Part shown: one piece after another, positions 25,638 through 35,937 of the stretch
How positions within the stretch are numbered: the stretch's first letter is position 1
How the letters are laid out: every line of letters starts with the position of its first letter
Assembly: GCA_001778985.1 (NCBI GenBank)
Contig: MFIU01000004.1
Location: 67,067-131,066 of the forward strand
DNA: 64,000 nt
Source: Candidatus Giovannonibacteria bacterium RIFOXYD1_FULL_48_21
GTDB lineage: Bacteria > Patescibacteriota > Minisyncoccia > JACPKW01 > UBA11713
Reading direction: 5' to 3'
Program-made: the position numbers and the translations under genes
The notes under the pieces: model-generated
Told to the model about the DNA's origin: nothing
Seen by the model: only the letters and a program-made list of their open reading frames with translations
The model's database searches: none

Positions 25638-28600
25638 TTAGTTCGGAGAGGTGAAGGTCTCCAGAGTCATGTTCAGGGTCGGCAGTCCTGGAATGAGATA
25701 GCCGTTGGAGTAGTCCAGAGACGTCCTCGAGGAGGCAGTGGTCGTGGACCTTGGTGACCAGATAAAGTCATCATTCGTGTCGTCGTCCACCCCAGTTATG
25801 CTGTTCTCGAAGGATTCTCCAACCCGTCCCATGTTACCGGTTATGCTCTGACCAGCCTGGTGCTGGGTCGGGAAAGCGGCATCACCCAAGAGTCCAACCT
25901 GGAAGGTTTCCTGTCCGGTGGCACTCTCCACAGTGGCTACCGTGGCTCTCAGCTCAAAGTAGCGAGTCGCGTCTTTGGGAACAGAGTAGGTGGTGGTTGC
26001 CGTACCAGTGTTGCAGGAGGTCGCGTCCTTGTCCATGAAGATTTCCGCGGAAGGAGCAGAGCCGTTTACGCCTCCGGCCGCAGAGCCAATCAGTGCCGTA
26101 TCAGGGTTGTTGGCAAAGCCGGAACGGTAGCACTGCGAGGCGTTCAAGAGACCGTCAGAGCTGAAAGTTGTGTCAGCCTGCGAGTAGCTGGAATCAGTAA
26201 AGGCGTAGAGGGATAGGAGCGAAGTGGTCGCTCCGGCCTGAGCGGCTGGCGCGGTTGAGGAAGAGATGGAGAAGCTAAACTTGTAAAGGTCCACAACGCC
26301 TCCGACCGCGGTAACCTTGAAGCGGTAGAGCACCTTATTGGCAGTGGTTCCGGCAGAGAGAGCCCTGTCCGAAGAGCTCAAAGGAATATGAGCGAAAGAC
26401 GGATAGGCCTTGAAGATTCTCGTGCCTGACACCGCGGAGTCAGTGGTAGCGCCGTTTATGGTCGCTCCAGAGGAAAGTCCGGTGCCATAGGTTCCGTTAA
26501 GACCGACATTGCCGCCGTCATAGTCAACCCGCAAGCGGTCTCCAGAGAAGGTCATCGGTCCATTTACAGATATTCCGGCAATATCTCCCTTGATGGTCAT
26601 AATCCTGGTTCCGCCCGCAGGAATTCTGAAGTTTCCGGTCGTAATCGGGGAGGAGGTCGCGTAGTCGGAGTTTGAGCCGGAGAATTGAGCCGTGCCAATC
26701 TGTGTTCCGGTCTGGTCATCCCACAGCGTTACCTTCTGGTCCACTAGGTTGTTCGGGGAGTTGGAAGCAGCAACCGAGATCTCCAGAGCCACCTGTTTGA
26801 GGTCAATATCCTCGTTGGTGGCGCTGAAGCGAAGCTTGTTAAGCGTAACTCCAGTCTGGCCAGCGTAGGCGAATTGATATCCCGGAGCTGAATCGTCCGA
26901 AGCCACATCCATCGTGCCGCTGCCGGACGCTGACATTTTCTGACCGATGTTCGCAACCATAGTTTCGGCTACAGTCTGCCCTGAAGTCATTCCAGTCGCG
27001 CCGGTGTAGTTGGTGGCGTCATTTATCTGACCCCACTGATAGGCTCCGGTAGCGCCGGAAGAAATGTCGCATTTCAAGCCAACAGTCTTGGCGGTTCCTT
27101 TGGCCACAGTCAGGCCTGTTCCGCTGAAGGTAAAGGTAGTAGTCGAAGCTCTGGCCGTGGGGTTAAGGGTGGTGGAAGAAACCACGACAGTGCCGTCATA
27201 GAGCTTGCAGTTGGTAAGGTCTGTGGCGCTTCCAGCCGGGATGTTGTATTCCGGCGTAAGCGAAGTCATTCTCACATCCTCTCCTGAAGCCGTGGCGTCC
27301 AGAACGTAATTGGCGAAGAGGAATTGAGAGGAACCGGCGATTATAGTCTGGGCAACCGGAACCGAGGAAACGCTTATGGTCAGCGCTCCTGACCTCACGG
27401 TCATTTGGTTAAGAGTAATGACAGAGTTTGGATCCGGGCTGATAGTGTTGCCGGAAATCTGACCCCGGACCGTGCCGGCAAAGTCAGAGCGCGGAGTAGT
27501 GGAAGCTTGGACGGTGCCGGTGGCAATGTCCGTGCCCAGCTTGCCTTTCAGAGTGTAGACGTGGTCCCCGACCGGGAAGACAACCGTGTCAGTAAAGATT
27601 ATCGCGCCGTCGGAAGAACCAGCAGCCTGCGCGTGGTCGTCAGTCGCAGAGCCGTCTACCGGGCCGGCAACGATGGCGCCGTTTTCATCCACTAGGGTAA
27701 CGTTGGTAATGTCATCCACGTCGGCCGCGGTGCCGGTGGAGCCGGTGGAGCTCAAAGTAACGTTGAATCCGATTCGGCCCACCGAGATGGCCTCACCTCT
27801 AACTTGAGACAAGAACGAGCCTAGGGGCTGGTTGGCCAAGCTGTTGGCGACATTTTGGGCCGGAACCGCGTTGGAGTTGGCGATATTAATGGTGCCGGCT
27901 CCAACGGTTACTTCTGCCGCGTCATACCACGGGTCTTCAGAAGAGCTGAAAGCCGCCGTGTCGGCCGTAGGAACAGAAGAGCCGGTCTGCGGCGGAGTGA
28001 TTCCGTAGCCGTAGGTTTCGCCAGTAAGGCCGATGTCTCGGCGTTTGGCGACGTCAAAGTCCACGGTTCTTCCGGAACCTCCGGCAATATCCCCTTTAAT
28101 ATAGATTTCTTTGGAAAATCCTTTATCAATGAGGATTCCTTTGCCGTTGTTCTCCGGGAAAGAGGCGGTGTAGTACTTGCCGTCAGAACTGACCGTAGGT
28201 ACATAGGCAACGCCGTCTAGGTAAACTTTAAGATTTGCGAGGTCTCCTGAACCGATTGAGCCGGTCTGATTCCATCGGAAAGATTTAAGATAGATTCTTT
28301 CGGTCGAGCCGGCGGTAACTTTCACTGAAGAGAAAGTATAATCTGCCTGGCCGACCCGCTTGGTCTGGCTGGCGCCTGGGTCAGTAGGACCCCGGCCCAC
28401 AGTGACCGAACCGATGGAAAGCGAAGCGTTGATGGTGTGGCCTGCTCCAGTTATGGGCAAACTTCCGCTTACGGTCGCGGAGGTGTTAACGCTTACCACC
28501 GAAACGTAAGCTACTTGTCCTGCTTCTTGAGACAGGTCTGAATCCATATTGGCTCCGATAGTCATGGTCCTGGTCTGGCCGGCTTTAACCACAAAGGCCT

Positions 28601-29399
28601 CACCGACGGTGGCCTGATGATTGGAGTTTAAGGTCTTTTCAATCCCAAGCTGGAGTCCGTTTTCATCCATCAGGATGACCCCGGAAAACACGGTATCAGC
28701 CGCGAGTCCGGTCCGCTCCACCGTGATGCTGTTCACGGTTACGTCCCCGTCAGAAGCGGCGGTTAATTGAAGCACCGTAAACGGAACTCGGGCCGCGGAT
28801 TGGGGCGCGAGCGAGTTTGCGGGCTGTGTTCCAGCAATCACACTCAAGCCAGTGCCTGGAGGCGCTGGAGGAGTCGGGCCTGGAGGCGTAGGCGGTGTTG
28901 CGATAACCAAGGAGTTGTATTTGGCTCGAGAAATTGGACCAAAGTAGCCGGCCGTGGGAGAAACCCCGTTGGCCGCCTGCCAACTGGAAACCGCACTCTG
29001 GGTTCTTGACCCAAAGTAATTAGTCTCGTTTCCTGGCGAACCGGCGCCTGAAGAGGCAACCTGGTGGCCTGCTGAATTCAAGTATTTCTGCAGACACAAT
29101 ACATCATCACCAGTCGAATCTCTGGTCAGGTCGCGAGTGAAACTGCAGGTTCCGCTCGGTGCCGGAGGCGTAGTCGTCGGCAGACCGCGAAGCGAAGCAT
29201 TGACATTGGCCCTCGTGGCAGAATCCACACCGAAGCTGTCCAGTAAGGTCAGAATGGAGTTAATTTGCGCTTCCGTCAGAGCCGCGTGGGCCACTAACGG
29301 AACAGTTAGCGAGGCTCCCGACAGAAATATTGCCGTCGAAAGACTCAAGAAAGTAACGGTGATTCTTGACACCAGTCCTTTCTTTAATTCTTTACTCAT
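25638..29399 (-). CDS. very large secreted/cell-surface protein with an N-terminal peptidoglycan-binding domain and a long Ser/Thr/Gly-rich beta-repeat region
   Basis: A signal peptide, a PG_binding_1-like region ('DVLCLQKYLNSAGH...GYFGSRTQSAVSSWQAANG') and 1253 aa of low-complexity T/S/G/A-rich sequence typical of adhesin-like surface proteins. Confidence 0.6.
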   Translation of the reverse strand: MSKELKKGLVSRITVTFLSLSTAIFLSGASLTVPLVAHAALTEAQINSILTLLDSFGVDSATRANVNASLRGLPTTTPPAPSGTCSFTRDLTRDSTGDDVLCLQKYLNSAGHQVASSGAGSPGNETNYFGSRTQSAVSSWQAANGVSPTAGYFGPISRAKYNSLVIATPPTPPGPTPPAPPGTGLSVIAGTQPANSLAPQSAARVPFTVLQLTAASDGDVTVNSITVERTGLAADTVFSGVILMDENGLQLGIEKTLNSNHQATVGEAFVVKAGQTRTMTIGANMDSDLSQEAGQVAYVSVVSVNTSATVSGSLPITGAGHTINASLSIGSVTVGRGPTDPGASQTKRVGQADYTFSSVKVTAGSTERIYLKSFRWNQTGSIGSGDLANLKVYLDGVAYVPTVSSDGKYYTASFPENNGKGILIDKGFSKEIYIKGDIAGGSGRTVDFDVAKRRDIGLTGETYGYGITPPQTGSSVPTADTAAFSSSEDPWYDAAEVTVGAGTINIANSNAVPAQNVANSLANQPLGSFLSQVRGEAISVGRIGFNVTLSSTGSTGTAADVDDITNVTLVDENGAIVAGPVDGSATDDHAQAAGSSDGAIIFTDTVVFPVGDHVYTLKGKLGTDIATGTVQASTTPRSDFAGTVRGQISGNTISPDPNSVITLNQMTVRSGALTISVSSVPVAQTIIAGSSQFLFANYVLDATASGEDVRMTSLTPEYNIPAGSATDLTNCKLYDGTVVVSSTTLNPTARASTTTFTFSGTGLTVAKGTAKTVGLKCDISSGATGAYQWGQINDATNYTGATGMTSGQTVAETMVANIGQKMSASGSGTMDVASDDSAPGYQFAYAGQTGVTLNKLRFSATNEDIDLKQVALEISVAASNSPNNLVDQKVTLWDDQTGTQIGTAQFSGSNSDYATSSPITTGNFRIPAGGTRIMTIKGDIAGISVNGPMTFSGDRLRVDYDGGNVGLNGTYGTGLSSGATINGATTDSAVSGTRIFKAYPSFAHIPLSSSDRALSAGTTANKVLYRFKVTAVGGVVDLYKFSFSISSSTAPAAQAGATTSLLSLYAFTDSSYSQADTTFSSDGLLNASQCYRSGFANNPDTALIGSAAGGVNGSAPSAEIFMDKDATSCNTGTATTTYSVPKDATRYFELRATVATVESATGQETFQVGLLGDAAFPTQHQAGQSITGNMGRVGESFENSITGVDDDTNDDFIWSPRSTTTASSRTSLDYSNGYLIPGLPTLNMTLETFTSPN

Positions 29400-29705
29400 A
29401 ATTAATTTGCTCTTATTTTCTAATAATCACTAATAATAGCTAACGACTTTTTTAATTTGTCAATAGAAACATTTTCATTCTTTCGGCCGTTAATATTTAG
29501 TTATCAAAGTTCTAACAAAGCGACAAACCCCGTATCTTCTACGGTATTTGCTTAATTGTGTCTTCCCTTATTATAGGGATTCATCTTAAAGGCAACAAGT
29601 AGATTAGTAAAGCCTTTGTGGATAACTAGAAAGTCCTTAGAAATAAGGTCTTTTTAGTATTTAAATACACTTGTTTGCCTTGAGGTGAAAAACTATAATT
29701 GAACC

Positions 29706-30719
29706 ATGGGGAACTTTAAATCAAATCTTACCATTATTGGAGTTGTTGTTATTGTCTTTCTTTCGGGCTTAGTTTTGTGGTACTCGCCTCCAGATTTTTT
29801 GAAGCCGGAGCCGGTTAAAGTTCAGTATCAAGTTGCTACCGGAGGAGCCAATGAATTGCGGGCGCAAGTGATTAAAAAATATGGCCTTGACAAGAAGCAT
29901 GGCGTTGAGCTTGAAATAATTTCCACGGACCCCGGAGAATTGGAAAGGAGAATCTCCAAAGGCGAGTCTTATCTGGCCGAGGTCTCCCCTTTCACCGCCT
30001 TGACGGCAAAGCAAAATAATGTCGAGCTTCGCATTATAAGCCCGGCGGTTTACTTTAATTACTACCTGCTCGTTTCAAGCAATTCCAAGATTACCTCTCT
30101 GGAGGAGTTGAAAGGGGGAAAAATCGGGACACAGCCAAAAGTCACTGCCGCTTACAGCGCCTTGGCCATAGTGCTTAAGTCCGCGGGTTTTGACATTGAG
30201 AAAGATTTCAGCGTCCTTTTCGGAAATATCCCCCAAACCGTCGCCGCTGTGGAAAAAGGAGAAGCGGACGCGGCTTCAGCCTCGTATCCGAGCGCGGCCG
30301 CTATCATTGCCGGCGGGAAATTCAGAAGCATCGCGTCTTTGGGAGACCTTTGGAGCAAAAATGAGGACGGGCTTTCCCTGCCATTCGTCGTGCTGGCCGC
30401 GAATGGCGATTGGTTCGAAGAAAACCGAGAAACGGCGCGGCGAGTGGTGGAAACTATTCTGGAAGGCGGGCGCTTTATTCAAGAACAGCCGCAAGTACTT
30501 TCCGAACTTACTGATTATCTCAACAAATACAACTACAATACTCCGCAAATCACGGCGCTGCTGGAAGCGCATATACCAAGCATGCTGCCCGCGAGTTACG
30601 GAGAGAAAGAAGTAAGAGCCTTTGAAAGATTCTTCGCGCGGGCGAAGCAATTAAAAATCATCCCTCCCGACGCTCCGATTGAAAGTTATCTGGTGAAACC
30701 GGAGGATTTAGGAATTTAG
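29706..30719 (+). CDS. ABC transporter substrate-binding protein, NMT1/THI5 (SsuA/TauA-like) family, orphan
   Basis: An N-terminal TM anchor and a periplasmic-binding fold with NMT1-like sequence features. No permease or ATPase neighbours. Confidence 0.5.
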   Translation: MGNFKSNLTIIGVVVIVFLSGLVLWYSPPDFLKPEPVKVQYQVATGGANELRAQVIKKYGLDKKHGVELEIISTDPGELERRISKGESYLAEVSPFTALTAKQNNVELRIISPAVYFNYYLLVSSNSKITSLEELKGGKIGTQPKVTAAYSALAIVLKSAGFDIEKDFSVLFGNIPQTVAAVEKGEADAASASYPSAAAIIAGGKFRSIASLGDLWSKNEDGLSLPFVVLAANGDWFEENRETARRVVETILEGGRFIQEQPQVLSELTDYLNKYNYNTPQITALLEAHIPSMLPASYGEKEVRAFERFFARAKQLKIIPPDAPIESYLVKPEDLGI

Positions 30720-30880
30720 GCTGGGTTGTTCAATATCGGCAAGAGGTGTGGACAACTTTTCTGGAAATATGCTATAGTGTATTTGGCGCTTGGAGGGCTT
30801 TGGCCCTATCACGGTCAATGTTTTCCAAACCGTAACCAAGTGCCACCAAAAAGTACCGCATAAGCGGCACTTTTTGTTTC

Positions 30881-31360
30881 TTAATCGGTTTCGGGTTTGC
30901 CGCTATGGAGCAATCTCCGTCCAGTTATTTTATCCATCTTCCAAAACGGGATAATGCTCCAAAAATATTTTCCTGAACCGCCTTCGACTTCTTTCATGAT
31001 AACTCTAACTCGATAGTCGTTGATTACGGCTACAAACTCGTAATATGTTACAGAACGCATTGCTGTCTCCCATCTGCTATTCGTTTTTATACGCTCAAGA
31101 TTATTTCTTCGTGATAGACCTTGAAGAGTGTGTGATTCCTGTAAAATGCGGGGAGCCAATGAAATTAAACGAAAACGGATGTACTGATCTCTATGTGACC
31201 GTGCATGCCTAGGGCCATGAAATTTTATGTGCTCAAGACCTTTAGCATTAAATGATATCCCTTCCTTGAAATACGGACAGCGAACTTTTCCGATGGTTTT
31301 ATAAAACGCTTCAGATTCGTTTTTTACTTTCTCAAATTTGATTGGATCAATATCGTTCAT
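30881..31360 (-). CDS. hypothetical protein (low-GC, accessory)
   Basis: A 159 aa ORF with AT-rich codon usage distinct from the neighbouring genes, located 3' of tRNA-Gln. Confidence 0.4.
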   Translation of the reverse strand: MNDIDPIKFEKVKNESEAFYKTIGKVRCPYFKEGISFNAKGLEHIKFHGPRHARSHRDQYIRFRLISLAPRILQESHTLQGLSRRNNLERIKTNSRWETAMRSVTYYEFVAVINDYRVRVIMKEVEGGSGKYFWSIIPFWKMDKITGRRLLHSGKPETD

Positions 31361-31477
31361 ATTTTGTATAATCCCTTTCCCCTATCGGGGAGTGTCGGTT
31401 AGAACTTGTCCAAATTTTATTTTATCGTTTCGATGTTTACCCGTCCGTAGTCTTGACGCAGGAGGGCTCCTCGGATA

Positions 31478-31867
31478 TTACGACTTTTTCAATCTCCTAT
31501 AAGTTCGAGTGAACCAATTTTTAGAAATAAAATCGAGAGTAAATTCCATTTCTTTAGTCGCTCGTGGCTGATCTGCCCACTGAGTCTTCAAATCGGTAAG
31601 AATTCTTTTCGTAACAGGGAAATAACTCGGAAAATTTCTGAGTTCAAAAATTACAGCTATTTGCCTGTCGAGTTTAATTTGCCTATCTGGATTACGTTGC
31701 TCATTAACTAATCCATCAATTAATTCATGATATGTTTTAAAGCGCTTGTCCTTTAAATATTCTCTAAATTTGAGAAAGGGCCAAATACCAGCAACTATTA
31801 ATGAAAAGATAGTTGCGGCTGCAGGATATTCTTTCAAGAAACCGAGAATACTGATTAGTATGTTCAT
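31478..31867 (-). CDS. hypothetical membrane protein (low-GC, accessory)
   Basis: 129 aa with an N-terminal TM helix, AT-rich. Confidence 0.4.
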   Translation of the reverse strand: MNILISILGFLKEYPAAATIFSLIVAGIWPFLKFREYLKDKRFKTYHELIDGLVNEQRNPDRQIKLDRQIAVIFELRNFPSYFPVTKRILTDLKTQWADQPRATKEMEFTLDFISKNWFTRTYRRLKKS

Positions 31868-31995
31868 AATTTAGTGATTATATATCTCCTTAGACTCCTA
31901 ACCCATCTCCCTCCTTCGCTAAAGCTACGGACGCTAAAGCTACGGACGGGCAGGCAGGTTGGCTACCGGCCAAGTATTTTAAATTCCGTCCGGAG

Positions 31996-32066
31996 CTGCG
32001 GGACTAGGATTCGAACCTAGATTCCCGGGTTCAGGGCCCGGTTGCCTACCATTAGCAGATCCCGCA
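31996..32066 (-). tRNA. tRNA-Gln(CTG), U1:A72, CCA not encoded
   Basis: Acceptor TGCGGGA/TCCCGCA, anticodon stem CCGGG/CCCGG with loop CCCTGAA and T-arm CTAGG-TTCGAAT-CCTAG. Confidence 0.8.
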
Positions 32067-32139
32067 ACTCCGGAAAGAATTTCGTTTAATAATTTTCTTC
32101 TAGACTACCCCACAATACTCGAGATACTATAATAAAATA

Positions 32140-32580
32140 GTGCGCTTGTCTAAAAAAGAGAAAAGAACGAAAGTCCTGGAATATCTGAAGCAAAACCGGC
32201 TCATGAGCCTGGGGACTTCCTCGGCCAACAAGCCCTGGGCGGCTACGGTGTTTTTTGCTTATGATAAAAATTTAAATCTCATTTTCTATTCGCGCGAAGA
32301 CACGCGCCACTGCCGCCACATAAAAAGAAACCCATATGTTTCAGCCGCGATAAATCAGGACTGGAAAGAAAAAGGAGGCATTAAAGGACTGCAAATTACC
32401 GGGCGCGCTTCCAAGATAACGAAAAAGCAATATAACCGTTATTATGCCATTTATAAATCGCGCTTCCGGTGGGCTGACGAATTCGCTTCCGACCACATCC
32501 TCTACCTCGTGAAGCCCCTCGAGGTTTGGTACATCAATCAGAAACTTTTCGGGCACTTTCGCCGGGTGAAAATGATTTAA
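32140..32580 (+). CDS. pyridoxamine 5'-phosphate oxidase-like FMN-binding family protein
   Basis: 146 aa split-barrel-like pattern 'LMSLGTSSANKPWAATVFFAYD'. Confidence 0.45.
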   Translation: MRLSKKEKRTKVLEYLKQNRLMSLGTSSANKPWAATVFFAYDKNLNLIFYSREDTRHCRHIKRNPYVSAAINQDWKEKGGIKGLQITGRASKITKKQYNRYYAIYKSRFRWADEFASDHILYLVKPLEVWYINQKLFGHFRRVKMI

Positions 32581-32586
32581 ATATCC

Positions 32587-33183
32587 ATGATAGAAATTGA
32601 AAAAAATTTTGACCTCCACCCCGGCGATAAAGAGCGGCTGATAGAAGGCGCGAAGTTCTTGAACAAGAAAACTTTTACGGATGTCTATTATGATACCGAG
32701 GATTTTCGCCTCACCGCGAAAGATTACTGGCTACGGCAGAGGGATGGAAAATGGGAACTAAAAGTTCCGCTTAACGGGACAGCGGCAAACCGCGAAACCG
32801 ACCAGTACCGGGAACTGGAAGACCAAAAAGAAATCGCGCGCGAGCTAGAATTGCCCGGCAATGCCCCTTTTCAAAAAGAAATTCAAAACATTGGCGCGAG
32901 GCCTTTCGCGACCATAGTCACGAATCGCAAAAGATATCAAAAAGGAGATTTTCATCTTGACTTTGATGAAATGGATTTTGGATTTTCCACCTTCGAAGCA
33001 GAACTCATGATAGAAAACGAAAAAGATATCCCTGCCGCCGAACAAAAAATCATGGATTTCGCCCGTGAATACGGCATCGCCTCAACTCCCGGAGCCGGAA
33101 AAGTAATAGTCTTTATCGAGCGCAATAATCTGGCGCATTACAACGCACTTTTAAAATCAGGTGTAGTCAGAGAACATGCTTAG
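32587..33183 (+). CDS. CYTH-domain protein (triphosphate tunnel metalloenzyme)
   Basis: 'IEIEKNF...E' N-terminal signature and acidic clusters typical of CYTH. Confidence 0.5.
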   Translation: MIEIEKNFDLHPGDKERLIEGAKFLNKKTFTDVYYDTEDFRLTAKDYWLRQRDGKWELKVPLNGTAANRETDQYRELEDQKEIARELELPGNAPFQKEIQNIGARPFATIVTNRKRYQKGDFHLDFDEMDFGFSTFEAELMIENEKDIPAAEQKIMDFAREYGIASTPGAGKVIVFIERNNLAHYNALLKSGVVREHA

Positions 33184-33631
33184 ACCGATTCTGCCGCCGC
33201 CTTATATATTTTTGGGGCCGCTTTTAATCGGGGTTGGTTTAAATATTATTTTTCCGCTTCGGATATTTCCTGGAAATCTTTCCAATTTGCGTTTCCTTGT
33301 CGCGGCCATTTTGGCGTTAGGCGGGGTTTCATTACTTCTCTGGGCGATAAAAACTCTTTTTCGCTCCGGGGTTGACCCCCGTTTTAAACCCGTGGGCGGA
33401 ATTGTTTCCCAAGGGCCCTTTGGGATAACAAGAAATCCGATGTATGTAAGTTTCACCCTAATTTATTTAGGAGTCGCGGCGGGATTCAACGCGCTCTGGC
33501 CGATTCTATTTTTACCGATTATATTTCCGGTCCTCCATTACGGAGTAATTCTCCGGGAAGAAGCATATTTAGAAAAAACCTTAAGTGAAGAATATAAAAA
33601 ATATCGAACTAAAGTAAGGAGGTGGTTATAA
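33176..33631 (+). CDS. isoprenylcysteine carboxyl / phospholipid methyltransferase family membrane protein
   Basis: A multi-TM protein with 'NPMYVSFTLIYLGVAAG' and the C-terminal 'REEAYLEKTLSEEYKKY' ICMT/PEMT signature. Confidence 0.6.
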   Translation: MLRPILPPPYIFLGPLLIGVGLNIIFPLRIFPGNLSNLRFLVAAILALGGVSLLLWAIKTLFRSGVDPRFKPVGGIVSQGPFGITRNPMYVSFTLIYLGVAAGFNALWPILFLPIIFPVLHYGVILREEAYLEKTLSEEYKKYRTKVRRWL

Positions 33632-34029
33632 AATCAATCTGAAGCTATTATATAAGGTATGAATCCCATCGATATGAATCCCATGATGAATATGCCCGAC
33701 GGTTTTGGGCAGGGTTCTCAGGGAACCAATCTTTTAAGCATCCTTATTAACGCGGCCTTTGGGTTCGTGGCCGGGCTTATGCTGTTTATCGGGCCGAAGG
33801 AAGTGATTGCCTACGGGTCTAAGCTCGCGGGAGAGCTCATCAAGCTTACTGGTTATGGACAACAAATGGCGGCGTTTGGATTTGCTACAACCGCGGCGCC
33901 ATATATAGTTCTCGCGCCAATTGTCGGCTTGGTGGTCCGCCAACTTGCTTCCGTTCGTTCGCTCAAGAGTTTCGCGTTTTTCGCGCTCGCGGCGGCGGTC
34001 GGATTTGGCGCCGCCTACTTTGGCCAGGA

Positions 34030-34548
34030 TTATATTACAACCACTTTCTCTATCTTCCCCACGACGGCCTCAACATCAATATTGGCAGTATCAATAACCA
34101 AATCGAACTTCTCGTCCGTAAAGTCCGTAATGCCGTAATATTTCCGGTAACGCTCGGCTATCATTTTTTCCCGAAATTCGGTGTGTTCTCGGGCTTCTTC
34201 GAAAGAAATTTTGTCGCGCGCGGCGACTCGTTTCACGCGCGTTTCAAAATCGCATTCTAACTTTATCTTTATTGAATCCGGTATGAAGTGCCAGGCCAAG
34301 CGCGACTCCACCACAAAATTATCATTTTTCTCTCCGAAGTTTTTTATTTCCCGGTCGAGCTTCTTATCGTACTGCGGGTCTTGATTTGTAAGTTTTTCAA
34401 AATCCTGCAAAGACATATCGTTTTCTTGGGCCATTTTCCTGAAAAGCATTCCGCTCGAAAGAAAAGTATAGCCGAGTTTCGCGGCCAGAATTTTCCCCAC
34501 CGAACTCGTCCCCGTCCCAGCTAGCCCGAAAATCGTAATCTTAGCCAT
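34030..34548 (-). CDS. cytidylate kinase-like P-loop kinase
   Basis: 'ITIFGLAGTGTSSVGKILAAKLGYTF' Walker A at the N-terminus, 172 aa. Confidence 0.55.
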   Translation of the reverse strand: MAKITIFGLAGTGTSSVGKILAAKLGYTFLSSGMLFRKMAQENDMSLQDFEKLTNQDPQYDKKLDREIKNFGEKNDNFVVESRLAWHFIPDSIKIKLECDFETRVKRVAARDKISFEEAREHTEFREKMIAERYRKYYGITDFTDEKFDLVIDTANIDVEAVVGKIEKVVVI

Positions 34549-34614
34549 TGGTTTTATTTTAAATGAACCTCACTTTCAATTGAACCCCCTCGGGTTTTGC
34601 GTTAAAATTTCGCC

Positions 34615-35184
34615 ATGAAACGGGTCTTTATAGTTCACTGCTGGGAAGGATATCCGGAATATTGCTGGTATCCTTACGTAAAAAGAGAGCTTGAAACCAG
34701 AGGATTCGAGGTGAAAGTTCCGGCTTTTCCTGACACCGACAACCCCCGGCAAAACAAATGGGTTCCCTGCTTGGCGGAGCAAATCGGCACGCCGGATGAA
34801 AACGTTTTTCTCGTCGGTCACAGCATCGGCGTTGCCACCATCTTGCGCTATCTTGAAACCATGCCGGAGGATAAAAAAATCGGCGGAGCGGTCCTCGTCG
34901 CGGGATTTACCGAAGACATCGGGTATGAAGAGGTTAAAAATTTTTTTGAAACACCATTCGATTTTGCGAAAATCAAAGCCAGCGCGCGAAAAGGATTTGC
35001 CGCGATTCATTCCGATAACGACCCTTACGTTGATTTAAAATTTTCCAAAATTTTCAAAGAGAAACTCGGAGCCGAGGTTATCGTAAAACACGCCTTGGGG
35101 CATTTCTCCGGCTCTATCGAAGGCGAACCCGCCTGCACCGAACTCCCTGTGGTCTTAGAAAAAATTCTGGAGATGGCAAAATAA
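34615..35184 (+). CDS. alpha/beta hydrolase of the RBBP9/YdeN serine hydrolase family
   Basis: 'FLVGHSIGVATILRY' nucleophile elbow, 189 aa. Confidence 0.65.
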   Translation: MKRVFIVHCWEGYPEYCWYPYVKRELETRGFEVKVPAFPDTDNPRQNKWVPCLAEQIGTPDENVFLVGHSIGVATILRYLETMPEDKKIGGAVLVAGFTEDIGYEEVKNFFETPFDFAKIKASARKGFAAIHSDNDPYVDLKFSKIFKEKLGAEVIVKHALGHFSGSIEGEPACTELPVVLEKILEMAK

Positions 35185-35185
35185 A

Positions 35186-35689
35186 TTGGACATTCTCTCA
35201 CACGGGCTTTGGGGCTCTTTGGCTTTCGGAAGAAAAAACCGAAGAAATTTCTGGCTTGCGTTTCTTTTCGGCATTGCGCCTGATTTTTTTTCTTTCGGCG
35301 CTTTTTTTATTTCAGTCTGGCTGGGAATTCAAGAACTTCCACCCTTTTCCCCTGAACCGCCTGACCCGGCCTTAATCCCGGCCTATGTTTCAAATCTTTA
35401 TAATTTCTCGCATAGCATCATTATCTTCGCGATAGCTTTTCTGGCGGTTTGGCTCATCTGGAAGCGCCCCTTCTGGGAAATGTCCGCCTGGGGGCTTCAT
35501 ATCCTTTTTGACATTCCCACTCATTCTTATAAATTCTTTCCCACTCCGTTTTTATGGCCGATTTCGGATTTCAAATTCAATGGCTGGCATTGGGGTTCTC
35601 CCTGGATTTTCTTTCCGAATATTGCTCTGCTTTTTTTACTCTATCTCTGGTTTTTTGTAATTCGAAAATTGCTTAAAAAAGATATCTAA
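35186..35689 (+). CDS. membrane-bound metal-dependent hydrolase, YdjM/DUF457-like
   Basis: 'MDILSHGLWG' N-terminus and a multi-TM topology. Confidence 0.5.
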   Translation: MDILSHGLWGSLAFGRKNRRNFWLAFLFGIAPDFFSFGAFFISVWLGIQELPPFSPEPPDPALIPAYVSNLYNFSHSIIIFAIAFLAVWLIWKRPFWEMSAWGLHILFDIPTHSYKFFPTPFLWPISDFKFNGWHWGSPWIFFPNIALLFLLYLWFFVIRKLLKKDI

Positions 35690-35759
35690 TTCACAGCTGA
35701 TTTTATTTTTTCATTGTAGAATGTAAATAGCGGTCTTTAATGGTTAATTGAAATATAAA

Positions 35760-35879
35760 ATGAAAAAACTGAAAAAACGCGCGAAGACCTCGGGAGGGGG
35801 CTTCACGATTTCGCGTGAAATCTGGGTGCTCGGCATAGGATTTTTGGCGCTCGCGGCCATCGTTTCGGCTGGCCTATAA
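35760..35879 (+). CDS. small membrane protein (39 aa)
   Basis: 'MKKLKKRAKTSGGGFTISREIWVLGIGFLALAAIVSAGL', followed by a strong terminator. Below the ORF-track length cutoff. Confidence 0.3.
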   Translation: MKKLKKRAKTSGGGFTISREIWVLGIGFLALAAIVSAGL

Positions 35880-35905
35880 AGACAAAAACTCATATTTAAA
35901 AAGCT

Positions 35906-35937
35906 AAGCCTTGCTGAAATTTTTCAGCAAGGCTTAT
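35906..35937. terminator. bidirectional terminator (TAAGCCTTGCTGAAA-TT-TTTCAGCAAGGCTTA)
   Basis: A perfect 15 bp stem flanked by A/T runs on both strands. Confidence 0.6.

Noticed and set aside
29400-29705. Possible TPP or other riboswitch in the 300 nt leader of the NMT1/THI5-like binding-protein gene. A 12 bp long-range inverted repeat AAGGCAACAAGT / ACTTGTTTGCCTT lies at 29590-29684.
   Set aside because: None of the conserved TPP-riboswitch blocks (CTGAGA, ACCTGATCTGGATAATGCCAGCG) are present. The inverted repeat alone does not identify a riboswitch class.
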